NCBI RefSeq assembly: GCF_006345805.1
Contig: NC_043014.1
Location: forward strand, 48,732,001-48,796,000
DNA: 64,000 nt
Source: Octopus sinensis
Taxonomy: Eukaryota
Direction: 5' to 3'
Shown: piece after piece, positions 51,781 through 64,000 of the stretch
How the letters are laid out: the number at the start of each line of letters is the position of its first letter
Position numbering within the stretch: position 1 is the first letter of the stretch
The notes under the pieces: model-generated
Seen by the model: the letters and a program-made list of their open reading frames with translations, nothing else
What the model was told of the DNA's origin: nothing
The model's database searches: none
Position numbers and translations under genes: made by a program

Positions 51781-53011
51781 CACTACACTCTCGGAGTGGT
51801 TGGCGTTAGGAAGGGCATCCAGCTGTAGAAACACTGCCAGATCTGACTGGCCTGGTGCAGCCTTCGGGCTCCCCAGTCCCCAGTTGAACCGTCCAACCCA
51901 TGCTAGCATGGAAAACGGACGCTAAATGATGATGATGATGATGATGATATATATATATATATTATATTATATTTATCTTTTTATACTTTTTGGTTAATAA
52001 AAAAAAATTTGAATTTTATATTTTATATATATATTATATTAATTATATTTATATTTTTTGTTATTTATGTATTGGTTTATGTCTATCACTGAGTTGCTTA
52101 ATAGTGGTTTTATCTCTAATTTAATTTAATTTATGTATATATATATATATACATACATACATAATGGAGCGTAGGTGAGCCCCAGACAAATCCTTGGTGC
52201 TATTGGATTGATGTCTTTTGCGTGCATGAACTGAAATTGATAGTCTTGCTGTGATCCCTGACCCCAAGAAGGGCAGAGTTCAGATCATGCTTTAATCAAG
52301 TTATCCTACAATAACAAAGTCTAGTAGAAAACAGCCGACAAGTTTAGACTGAAGAACCAGAGAAAACAAGTTCACACACACAGACACACACCAATTAATA
52401 ACATGAAACCGTGTGAGCATGGAGTGGGGAGTGGGTTGTCGGCAGGAAGACATTAAGCTGTTGCCGCAATTTTCTTAATAGTATCATTGGCATAATTGGC
52501 TCAAGCAACTTTAATAGTGCTTCTATTTTGCTTCTTTGCGAACCAATTTACTCTTTGAGAAGAAGTCGACAACAACGACAACTATTTCTGTCAGACGTAA
52601 ACTAAGACGTGACTTTATGACAACTCATAAAGGCTGGTAACTTGTAGCGTAATAGATCTCCTCTGTTGGTTTCATTGGTGGATATTCCGGTTGATCGGTC
52701 GATCATTACTACTTATGGAATTAACGTGCAAGTGGTAGAGTATTCCACAGACAAAAGGGCAAAATAGGGTACAAGAGGTATCAGATGTTGTATACAAGAG
52801 GAAAAGCTGATTGTACTGAAGACAGGATATATATGAAGGATGATATGTTTGGTAGAAATCATTATCGTCATCATCTAATGTCTGTTGTCCATGCTGGCAT
52901 GGGTTGGATGGTTTGACCAGGGTTGGTAAGCTGAGGGGCTCCAGGCTGATTTGGTATGGTTTCTATGGTTGGATGCCCTTCCTAATGCCAACCACTCTAA
53001 CAGTGTAATGG

Positions 53012-55755
53012 GTGCTTTTATGTGCCACCAGCATGGGTGCCAGTTACGTGACACCAGCATAAGCCACATTGCCTCCATGAGGCCCAATGCTTGAATGGTG
53101 CCTTTTATGTGCCACCAGCATGGGTTCCAGTTATGTGACACCAGCATCAGCTACATTGCCTCCATGAGGCCCAATGCTTGAATGGTGCCTTTTATGTGCC
53201 ACCAGCATGGGTGCCAGTTATGTGACACCGGTCTCAGCCACATTGCCTCCATGAGGCCCAATGCTTGAATGGTGCCTTTTATGTGCCACCAGCATGGGTT
53301 CCAGTTATGTGACACCAGCATCAGCTACATTGCGTCCATGAGGCCCAATGCTTGAATGGTGCCTTTTATGTGCCACCAGCATGGATTCCAGTTATGTGAC
53401 ACCAGCATAAGCCACATTGCCTCCATGAGGCCCAATGCTTGAATGGTGCCTTTTATGTGCCACCAGCATGGGTTCCAGTTATGTGACACCAGCATCAGCT
53501 ACATTGCCTCCATGAGGCCCAATGCTTGAATGGTGCTTTTTATGTGCCACCAGCATGGGTGCCAGTTATGTGACACCGGTCTCAGCCACATTGCCTCCAT
53601 GAGGCCCAATGCTTGAATGGTGCCTTTTATGTGCCACCAGCATGGGTGCCAGTTATGTGACACCGGTCTCAGCCACATTGCCTCGATGAGGCCCAATGCT
53701 TGAATGGTGCCTTTTATGTGCCACCAGCATGGGTTCCAGTTATGTGACACCAGCATCAGCTACATTGCCTCCATGAGGCCCAATGCTTGAATGGTGCCTT
53801 TTATGTGACACCGGTCTCATCCACATTGCCTCCATGAGGCCCAATGCTTGAATGGTGCCTTTTATGTGCCACCAGCATGGGTTCCAGTTATGTGACACCA
53901 GCATCAGCTACATTGCCTCCATGAGGCCCAATGCTTGAATGGTGCTTTTTATGTGCCACCAGCATGGGTGCCAGTTATGTGACACCGGTCTCAGCCGCAT
54001 TGCCTCCATGAGGCCCAATGCTTGAATGGTGCCTTTTACGTGCCACCAGCATGGGTGCCAGTTACGTGACACCAGCATCAGCCACATTGCCTCCATGAGG
54101 TCCAACGCTTGAATGGTGCCTTTTACGTGCCACCAGCATGGGTGCCAGTTACGTGACACCAGCATCAGTCACATTGCCTCCATGAAGTCCAATGCTTGAA
54201 TGGTGCCTTTTACGTGCCACCAGCATGGGTGCCAGTTACGTGACACCAGCATCAGCCACATTGCCTCCATGAGGTCCAACGCTTGAATGGTGCCTTTTAC
54301 GTGCCACCAGCATGGGTGCCAGTTACATGACACCAGCATCAGCTACATTGCCTCCATGAGGCCCAATGCTTGAATGGTGCTTTTTATGTGCCACCAGCAA
54401 GGGTTCCAGTTATGTGACACCGGTCTCAGCCACATTGCCTCCATGAGGCCCAATGCTTGAATGGTGCTTTTTATGTGCCACCAGCATGGGTGCCAGTTAT
54501 GTGACACCGGTCTCAGCCACATTGCCTCCATGAGGCCCAATGCTTGAATGGTGCCTTTTATGTGCCACCAGCATGGGTGCCAGTTATGTGACACCGGTCT
54601 CAGCCACATTGCCTCCATGAGGCCCAATGCTTGAATGGTGCTTTTTATGTGCCACCAGCATGGGTTCCAGTTATGTGACACCAGCTTCAGCTACATTGCC
54701 TCCATGAGGCCCAATGCTTGAATGGTGCCTTTTATGTGCCCCAGCATGGGTTCCAGTTATGTGACACCGGTCTCAGCCACACATCACATGCCTCCATGAG
54801 GCCCAATGCTTGAATGGTGCTTTTTATGTGCCACCAGCATGGGTTCCAGTTATGTGACACCAGCATCAGCTACATTGCCTCCATGAGGCCCAATGCTTGA
54901 ATGGTGCTTTTTATGTGCCACCAGCATGGGTTCCAGTTATGTGACACCAGCATCAGCTACATTGCCTCCATGAGGCCCAATGCTTGAATGGTGCTTTTTA
55001 TGTGCCACCAGCATGGGTGCCAGTTATGTGACACCGGCATCAGCCACATTGCCTCCATGAGGCCCAATGCTGAATGGTGCCTTTTATGTGCCACAGCATG
55101 GGTGCCAGTTATGTGACACCGGCATCAGCCACATTGCCTCCATGAGGTCCAACGCTTGAATGGTGCCTTTTATGTGCCACCATTATGGGTGCCAGTTATG
55201 TGACACCGGTCTCAGCCACATTGCCTCCATGAGGTCCAACGCTTGAATGGTGCCTTTTATGTGCCACCATTATGGGTGCCAGTTATGTGACACCGGCATC
55301 AGCCACATTGCCTCCATGAGGCCCAATGCTTGAATGGTGCTTTTTATGTGCCACCAGCATGGGTTCCAGTTATGTGACACCGGCATCAGCTACATTGCCT
55401 CCATGAGGCCCAATGCTTGAATGGTGCTTTTTATGTGCCACCAGCATGGGTGCCAGTTATGTGACACCGGTCTCAGCCACATTGCCTCCATGAGGCCCAA
55501 TGCTTGAATGGTGCCTTTGATGTGCCACCAGCATGGGTGCCAGTTATGTTACACCGGCATCAGCCACATTGCCTCCATGAGGTCCAACGCTTGAATGGTG
55601 CCTTTTATGTGCCACCATTATGGGTGCCAGTTATGTGACACCGGTCTCAGCCACATTGCCTCCATGAGGTCCAACGCTTGAATGGTGCCTTTTATGTGCC
55701 ACCATTATGGGTGCCAGTTATGTGACACCGGCATCAGCCACATTGCCTCCATGAG
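53012..55755. repeat. 87-bp minisatellite, about 31 copies
   Basis: Unit atgggtgccagttatgtgacaccagcatcagccacattgcctccatgaggcccaatgcttgaatggtgccttttatgtgccaccagc; period checked at 53025 and 53112. Confidence 0.95.
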
Positions 55756-57755
55756 ATGTATCTGGAAAGAACCTGTGGAAAAGGAAGATAAGATGAAGTG
55801 GTGAAAGCTGACCTAAATTGTTGAATCCCAGGAAAGAAATGACAACAGATCACAGAGGGGGTGGAGAGGAAGCGAGACCCCACACACACACTATCCTGGG
55901 AAGGACATTCTTCTCACGTAATCCTGGGAAAATGAGTAATAATATTGATGAAGATGATAATATTTTGTAATGGAAATTTAGCTGCTATTTTTAGCAGGAT
56001 GAGTGATGACACTAAGGCTCCTTTATTGGTGCTCTTACGGTGTTCTTTAAATTCTAGTGGTTTAATAGCATCCGGTGCTGCCAATACCACACCAGGATTC
56101 ACCAAACACGATCTCATTGAAATGGTTGGCTCTTGTTTTTTAGGTTTTATTCTTGTTTTTTGTTTTTTTTTGATAAAATCTGACCTTTAACCGCAGAGTT
56201 TCTGCACAATAAAATCCATCTGTAGACCCACCAACTGATACAAGATTAGATTTCCATCAGTGAATTAATTACCATAAATGGTTCGTGTTGGACCATTCGA
56301 GACCAGAATCATGACAGCTGCCTAACAAGAAAACATGCAGTCACATGCTTGGCTGTGTAGTAAGAAGGTTGCCTCCAAGTCACATGGTTCCAAGTTCAAT
56401 ATCTATTTCTTTACTACCCACAAGGGGCTAAACACAGAGAGGACAAACAAAGACAGACAAACGGATTAAATCGATTATATCAACCCCAGTGCGTAACTGG
56501 TACTTATTTAATCGACCCCGAAAGGATGAAAGGCAAAGTCGACCTCGGTGGAATTTGAACTCAGAACGTAGCGGCAGACGAAATACCTATTTCTTTACTA
56601 CCCACAAGGGGCTAAACACAGAGAGGACAAACAAAGACAGACAAACGGATTAAATCGATTATATCAACCCCAGTGCGTAACTGGTACTTATTTAATCGAC
56701 CCTGAAAGGATGAAAGGCAAAGTCGACCTCGGTGGAATTTGAACTCAGAACATAGCGGCAGACGAAATACTGCTAAGCATTTCACCTGGCGTGCTAACAA
56801 TTCTGCCAGTTCGCTGCCTTTTTTCCAAGTTCAATACCATTGTGTGGCTCCTTGGGCAAGTGTACTCTACTATAGCCTTGGGGCAACAAAACCCATGTGA
56901 GAGGATTTGGTAGATAGAAACTTAAAGAAGCCTGTTGTATGTATGTATGTATGTATGTATGTGTGTATGTCTTTGTCCTCAACAACCACTTGACAACTGG
57001 TGTTGGTGTGTTTATGTCCCTATAACTTAGCAGTTCAGTAAAAAGAGACCAACAAAACAAGTACAAGGCTTAGAAACAAAAGTACTGGGGTCGATTCGTT
57101 TGACTAAAATTCTTGAAGGCAGTGCCCCAGCATGGCCACTAATGAATGAAACAAGTAAGATAAAACAAAACAAAACAAAACAAAACAAATATATTTCAGC
57201 TCAGGAATGGTTGTGTGGTAAGAAAGTTAAAGATAAAAGACTCTGTGTGTGTATTTTTGGGTGGCCCAAAAGAACAAGTTTTAGAAATGTTGAACTCTCA
57301 TCCCATCAATTTGTGAGGTTTGACATATAAACAAACACTGCCTGAAATTTGAAGATTTCATAGTATTTAGTGTTGCCACTAAGCTATTCAATATTTAATT
57401 TTCAGCACGAAATAGAACTTAAAGTAATAAATAGTTTGTAATTGAGATATAGTTGTTTTGTTCCTTCTCGAGCCATGCCTGGCTCATAAGGGCCGGTTTC
57501 CCGGTTTCTTGGCGTATAGGTTCCCCACCTGGACTGGACGCCGGTCCGTCGTAGGTGAGCTGCAAGATGCAGGAGGAAAGGGTGAGAGAAAGTTGTGGTG
57601 AAAGAGTCAGCAGAAGTTCGCCATTACCTTCTGCCAGAGCCGAGTGGAGCTTAGGTGCTTTCGCTCATAAACACACACATCGCCCGGTCTGAGATTTGAA
57701 CCGGTGATCCCTCGACCGCGAGTCCGCTGCTCTAACCATTAGGCCATGTGCCTCC

Positions 57756-58081
57756 ACACATTGAGTTTGGCCATGCATGTAGGTGTCTGGTGGGTGAACT
57801 GAGCTGTGATGTCCTTCTCCCAACTCCACTTCCCAACTGGTGGAAACGCGTGGGCAGGCAGCTGAAGACCTGGGTTGCGACGATCAAAGAGGACCTCTCC
57901 GTGCTCACGGGACCGCAGGTGGTCGGCCTGCGCCGATGGAACCGTGACTGGCTTGCTATCTCCAGTGAACTGGCGCAGGACCATCGTGCGTGGGCTGCCA
58001 TGGTTCGAGATGCCTCGAGGGTGGTAGAAGAAGCCGACTCAACCCGCCCTGGGTGAATGTCGCCACAAGTACAAGTAAGTA
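57756..58081 (+). mobile_element. RTE-clade LINE 3' fragment
   Basis: GHACR...GRQLKTWVATIKEDL...LAQDHRAW; (CAAGTA)n-like tail. Confidence 0.75.
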
Positions 58082-58185
58082 CACTGTAGGCTGTATTACC
58101 TAATGGGTATTGTTATAGCTTTTGTCATGTGTAGATGTGTCAGGGCTCCACTACCGTAGTGCTTTAAATAAACAATTCTGTTTTA

Positions 58186-58530
58186 ATGAAAAGTGAAAAA
58201 CAGATTTGGCTTATTGGATATATGATTGAAAAGATTAGCAGTAAAAGACTCCCATCAATTGGAGATGTATTACGACGCATTTTTTTTTTTATCTCACACA
58301 TAAGAAAACAGTGAAGGAAGCATCAGATGTTTTGCATTCAGAAATAGACGAGATCTGGGACAATACTAAGATACCAATCAGGGAGAAACAACATGTGCTT
58401 AGCAAGATTCGAAAAATGTATGAACAAGACAGATCACTTTAAAACTCAGAATCAAGGAGAAATCAAAATCAAATTGCAAATGAAACCAAATTTAAGGATA
58501 ACTGGGACAAATTATTTGACATTGCTCTCA
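58186..58530 (+). mobile_element. Degenerate DNA-transposon protein N-terminal relic
   Basis: IWLIG...KRLPSIGDVLRR, frameshift in poly-T, KKTVKEAS...IWDNTKIPI..., stop, ...KFKDNWDKLFDIA; pattern recalled from a class II transposase N-terminal family. Confidence 0.55.
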
Positions 58531-60064
58531 ACTATGAAGATTCTGGGTCATGGACTCAAATTGTGGATGTAGGTTTTTACTTTATTATAACCTAAGTGTG
58601 CATGCACACAGATGCAAATGTGCATGCACAAACACACACTTTTCCAAACCAGGGCAGTCATATATCTCCTCTACTGCAAGACACAGGTCTTGTCCCTTTA
58701 GCATACTGTAGCTTTTCATCACCCGGCACAAAGCCACCTCCCCCAATACTACTCTACACTTAGATGAGAGACCCTCCTGTCTTGCAAGTTATTTGGAGAC
58801 CTTGCCATTGCTGGTACCCTTATAAAAAGCATGCTGTACAGCCTGTAAAGTGGTTGGTGTAAGGAAGGGCATCCAGCCATGCAAACCATGCCAAAGCAGA
58901 TATTGGAGCTTGGCACAGGCTTCTTGCTTGCCAGCTCCTGTCAAATCATTCAACCCATGCCAGCATGGAAAAGCAAATATTAAATGATCACACACAGACA
59001 CACACATGCATGTGTGTGCATATGCAGTTGTGCATGTATGTTGAAATAAATGTCCCTTTTCCCACCAATAACAGGTTAGACAAAATCATTAAAACCAGAT
59101 CTATAATAACTCTTAATTTATGCACAGTCTACGATTGGTTATGACTAACAACAACATTTACAATACTCATTCACATATATATTGATTATTAGTGAATAAT
59201 TAATTAGCTAGCTCCAATCAAGGTCAACAGAGACAGATGTTCATTAGTACACCATTAACCGCTATGCCTTGCATAACAACAGCAGTGTGTCGGGGGAGAT
59301 TTAGTTGCTATTTCTAGTAAGGCAACCACCTACAGACTCCCTCTTCTAGCTCAGAGCTTCAAAAATAAAGTTGTTACATAGGGTTTTAGAAACCACAACT
59401 AGAGTGTCTGCTAAGGAGAGAAATGCTAAATGGTTGTCAAAGTGTATCTCGGTTTTAGAACAGAACCTGTCTTCACATGTTGTGCAATCTTTGTAAACAA
59501 AGGGTTCATTCATTCAGTTTGTTTGTTTGTTCCCAGTTCCCCAACAGTAAACATGTCTGGGCTGTTTTGTTGTTTTTGATAGAATGGAAAATTGTTTCTT
59601 CAGAGCCAAGTGTGGGTTGGCATTAGGAAGGGCATCCAGTCATTGAAAACTGCTCCAACGTACCCTTAGTTGAACAGTGTAAGCTTAGAAAAGTTGGAGG
59701 TTAAAAATGATGAGGGTGATGAAAGGAGGAGGAGGAGGGGGAGGAGGAGGAGGAGAGACAGTACGAAGTTTTGAATGGCAGGAAAGTAATGTGGACGAGC
59801 AATAGAGAGAACAAAAAAATGTGGAACAGGATCTGGTCTTTACATGAAGTGCTTCCAGCTGTGACAATGACAACGGATCGACTCATTTCAGAGTGTTCAG
59901 TTGGTGTTGAGTCAACGGAGCAATATCAGCTCTTTTGAAATACCAAAAATAATAGCTACAATGATGCGGGACAAAAGAATCGAATGAATTTTCTTACTAG
60001 AGATGGGTACAGGGTCAATGAAATCAACTCAGGTTTGCTGCCTTTCATCCTTTTGGGGGGTCGA

Positions 60065-60375
60065 TAAATAAAGTACCAGTTTCGCACTGGGGTCGATGTA
60101 ATCGACTCAATCCGTTTGTCTGTTCTTGTATCCTTTTGGGGTTGATTAAATAAGTACCAGTTTCGCACTGGGGCCGATGTAATCGACTTAATCCGTTTGT
60201 CTGTTCTTGTATCCTTTTGGGGTTGATTAAATAAGTACCAGTTTCGCACTGGGGTCGATGTAATCGACTCAATCCGTTTGTCTGTTCTTGTATCCTTTTG
60301 GGGTTGATTAAATAAGTACCAGTTTCGCACTGGGGCCGATGTAATCGACTTAATCCGTTTGTCTGTCCTTGTTTG
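60065..60375. repeat. 81-bp tandem repeat x4 inside SINE family B
   Basis: gtaccagtttcgcactgg at 60073, 60154, 60235 and 60316. Confidence 0.9.
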
Positions 60376-61039
60376 TCCGCTCTGTGTTTAGCCCCTTGTG
60401 GGCAGTTAAGAAATTGGTATTATGTCTGCCATTACGTTCTGAGTTCAAATTCCGCCGTGGTCGACTTTGCCTTTCATCCTTCCGGGGTTGATTAAATAAG
60501 TACCAGTTTCGCACTGGGGTCGATGTAATCGACTTAATCCGTTTGTCTGTCCTTGTTTGTCCCCTCTGTGTTTAGCCCCTAGTGGGCAATAAAGAAAAAC
60601 ATCAAAAATAATAGCTAAATGGTGATGGTCATGATGATGATGATGACATCTGCAATAAACCTGAGTTGATTTCATTGACCCTGGACCCATCTCTAGTAAG
60701 AAAACTCATTAGATTCTCTTGTACTGCATCATTGTAACAACAATCGTGTAGTGACGCTGATCTGGAAAAAAAGGAGTGACCTTTATTTTCATTGACACTT
60801 GGTGATTAGTGACGTTTATCAGGAAGAAGAGGAAGTGACCAAGACCGTTATTCCCAGAATCTCAAACAAGGAAGAAAAATAAAATTTTAAAAAAACTCAG
60901 GCTGGAAGTAAATTCCAGAGAGTTGATACTAAGAGGAGAAAAGACTGGGTAAAAGTGGTATTTGTTGCAGGACTTCTGGGACATAGCCTGGGTGATCAGA
61001 GGTAGTTAGACCTGGTTAATGGCTGTATACAACTATTAA

Positions 61040-61259
61040 CCCTTTCGTTACTGTATTTCTGTTGAGATGCTCTGTGTTTCTTTCAATTACTTTAAATATA
61101 ACAAAGAATTTAGTAAAATAACTTAGTTATCATTAAGCTAGTGTTAGGAATATAAATTGTGACTAAGGTTTGGTGGAAGATTTTAATTCAAAACTTATGA
61201 AAACAAGACATTTGTACTCAGAGCCAGAGCCGGTTTCAGCCGGGTTGGTAATGAAAGGA
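61040..61259. mobile_element. piggyBac-type MITE (same family as the 45.7-47 kb cluster, opposite orientation)
   Basis: ttaa|ccctttcg...aaagga|ttaa. Confidence 0.7.
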
Positions 61260-62885
61260 TTAACCATTAACATTAACTAGATTGCAACTATAATAACTAT
61301 AGCAGCACAATTAACAAGATTAAAAGAATCCTTTAGAATCAATATCAACATAATAACAATGATTTTAAATTTTGAGCCTTCAATAACAACCCTTTCTAAT
61401 CTAAGAACAAGGCCTGAAATTTTGGATGAAGGGGATCGTCGATTACATTGACCCCCAATGCATAACTGGTACTTGTTTCATTGACCCTGAAAGGATAAAA
61501 GGCAAAAATCAACCTTGGCTGAATTTTAACTCCACCACTATCATCATCATTTTTATGCCCACTCTTCATCTTCTACATATGTGGGAAATTTTGTGTGTGG
61601 GTGTGTTTGTGGAGTTGTTAGCTAACCCCTCCTACATCGTTTTATCGATTTTGATGAAACTTGACACATGAGTAGAACTCATGTCTGGAAACCCCATGGC
61701 ATACTCAGACTGTTGGAAAAAAATTGAAAATAGGGCCCCTGGAAGGGATCCTTATATATATCTAATATATTTCATATTAATAACCAAGTTAAATAGCCCA
61801 TTTGCCCAGATTTTAACAACCAAAGGAAATAACCCACTCATTTTCCTAAATTATTTGGTATAAATCAAATTGAGTATGCTTATTTCTTAGTATTTGAACT
61901 GTTAGAGTCATTTTCGCAATTTATCCAGTACAACCCTTAAACAAGTAAATAGTATTTTCCTAAACAATAGATCCGCTTATTTCGGTTAGTGACTTATTCA
62001 TGAGTATACCAACACTAGCACCGCTGAGGGTAATATTCTCTGGGAACGCACAAAAGCCCTTTTCAGAGTTATTTACTTTGAATTGTTATTATCTCATATC
62101 TGATTAGCCTGTTATTATGTAACATGCTTTACGATTTTTGTATACATACCTTATTAGTATTTCCTCCCTAGTTCTATATACTCTGGGAATGCATTAAAAC
62201 CCTTTATGGGGCTACTTTATTTGAATTCTTACTATCGAGTAACTAATTTCATGTTATTACATAATTGATTTCACAATTTGGGTATTCATAACTTATTAGG
62301 GAATTCCTAAAAACAAGATCCTGTGTAAGACAGTTCGGTATTCTCTGTAAATACACAAAAACCGTTTTAAGGGCTACATACTTTGTATTGTTGTTGTTGG
62401 ATTAGCGAAACAATTATGAGAATGGAACCAAGGGATAACCCTTGCTTTCCCGGGAACATCAGCTAGGGTTAACATGGTCTGGAAAGTCAGGCAGTATTGG
62501 ATTGGTTCACATCTTGCTCCATTGTTTTGGCATAGTTTTGATACTATTCCTAACACCAACCAGTTTACAGAAGGTACTGAGGGTGCGGTTTTTTTTTTTG
62601 CATTGCACCAGCATTAGTGAGGTTGCCTTTTGACTTGCAAGAGTAAAGAGGCCCCTCAGCAGAGAAGGAGTACAGAAGAAGAGTGCATGCTTAATGCAAA
62701 GTGTTGAAAGGATAAATTATGAAAGGAAGAGCAGGAACTTGTTTACAGTGGAAGAGATTCCTGGCTACTTTGGATTTTACATCTATGTGGGTGAAGGGGA
62801 CTGGTGTGGAGCCAGAAAGAGAGGTAAATACAGTGATGAGGTACCAGAATGTATCCTTAAGATGACAAGTCCAAGAAGGTAAACA

Positions 62886-63085
62886 GAAACATTTTTTCAC
62901 GCTCAGAGTTGCTGAAGCATGGAATAAACTGCCTGCGTCAGTTGTTGACTGCCATGACACTGCATCCTTTAAGGCCCTCATGCTTTCCGAAATCCGCCGA
63001 AACTACACCTGATTATATATACACTTTAGATGAGTTGTAGTGCACCTGAGCACTGTACACAATTATTATTATTATTATTATTATT
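62886..63085 (+). mobile_element. CR1 LINE 3' end
   Basis: KHFFTLRVAEAWNKLPASVV; same short 3'UTR subtype as the 16-kb copy; (ATT)n tail. Confidence 0.8.
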
Positions 63086-64000
63086 AAGAGAGTGTGGAGG
63101 CAGAAATCATAAAAGATGGGTAACATAGCAACAGTGGATGAGAGAGACACAATAAAAACATGGGGTATAGGTGGTCAGATGTATGTGAGGTGTGGGGGTG
63201 AGGTGACCCTAAATATATAAATAGCACACTGTAGTCAAGTGGTGCCCCGGGGACAAGCTAATTCTTTATACACCATGATTGTTTGGAAGATTTCTGCAAT
63301 ACCAAAATGGGTTGACAGTCTCCAGTTCTTGTTTCATCATATCAATGACCCTTCTCACCTCCTCACATACCTAGTAAAGACAGAATTTGAAAATTAAATT
63401 TGTGCTACCTACTTCTTAATCTTGCCTTCGTTGCAGATATAGCCTCCATTCATCCAGTTGCCTATTGTGTATGTGTTAATGTGTGCATGAGAGAGAGGGA
63501 GAGAGAGAGAGAGAAACAGATAGAGAAAATGAGAATTCCTTTAATGAGCAGTATTAAACATTTCTCAGAAATTTACATTACATACCTTGCCAGCAAAGAG
63601 AAATAAGAAAAAATTAAAAAAATAAATTTAAAAAAAACCCACACACAAAAGATATGTAAAAATTTGAAACAGGAAGCACAGAGATAAAGTAATATTATCA
63701 AGTCTGAAAAAGACCATCTGGACAAAAGGTTTGAAGTTGTTCAGCTCCCAACCAGATCACATAAATTTTATTGAAAAGGTGGCACTAGAGATAATGGTTG
63801 TGGCTGTTGTTGGTTTAGCCCTGTTAGTGAGAGGGCCAGATAGTTTAACTTCTTAGGTCAGGATGTCAGTTTATCCCCTTTGACCAGAAGGCCAGAAAGT
63901 TTATCCCCTTTTGTCAGAGGCTGGTTAGTTCAGCCTCGTAAGGCAGAGGGTTAATTTAGTTTGGTTAATCATGAAACGATGGCTCTGAGGAAGTAACAAC

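Noticed and set aside
53012-55755. CRISPR-like array or repeat-protein gene (29-aa WHPCWWHIK units)
   Set aside because: No unique spacers; eukaryotic context; frequent in-frame stops in cagctac-type units; the unit derives from a retroposon

Overview
AT-rich, repeat-dense animal genomic DNA. The SINE/LINE repertoire points to a coleoid cephalopod, most likely Octopus (inference from recall, no database search). Two intron-containing genes lie tail-to-tail. On the + strand are the last six coding exons of DGAT1 (961-9011; the 5' exons lie outside the window). On the - strand is an apparently complete six-exon, 451-aa group-I PAK kinase of the invertebrate Pak3 type (ATG 35820, stop 25084), followed by a diverged tandem copy of part of its last exon and 3'UTR. 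The rest is mostly mobile DNA: three tRNA-derived SINE families, a (GAT)n-tailed retroposon, CR1 and RTE LINE 3' ends, a non-autonomous Helitron, mariner/hAT/piggyBac MITEs, transposase relics, microsatellites and a 2.7-kb 87-bp minisatellite. The most notable signal is a minimal type-I hammerhead ribozyme (40950-41004, - strand) in a Penelope-like terminal context, on the same strand as and upstream of the PAK gene. Other highlights are a dispersed duplicated block with filled and empty CR1 sites, a SINE repeatedly joined into itself at one fixed position, long intronic hairpins, and minisatellites seeded from retroposon interiors. Most ORFs in the supplied track are repeat-derived noise.
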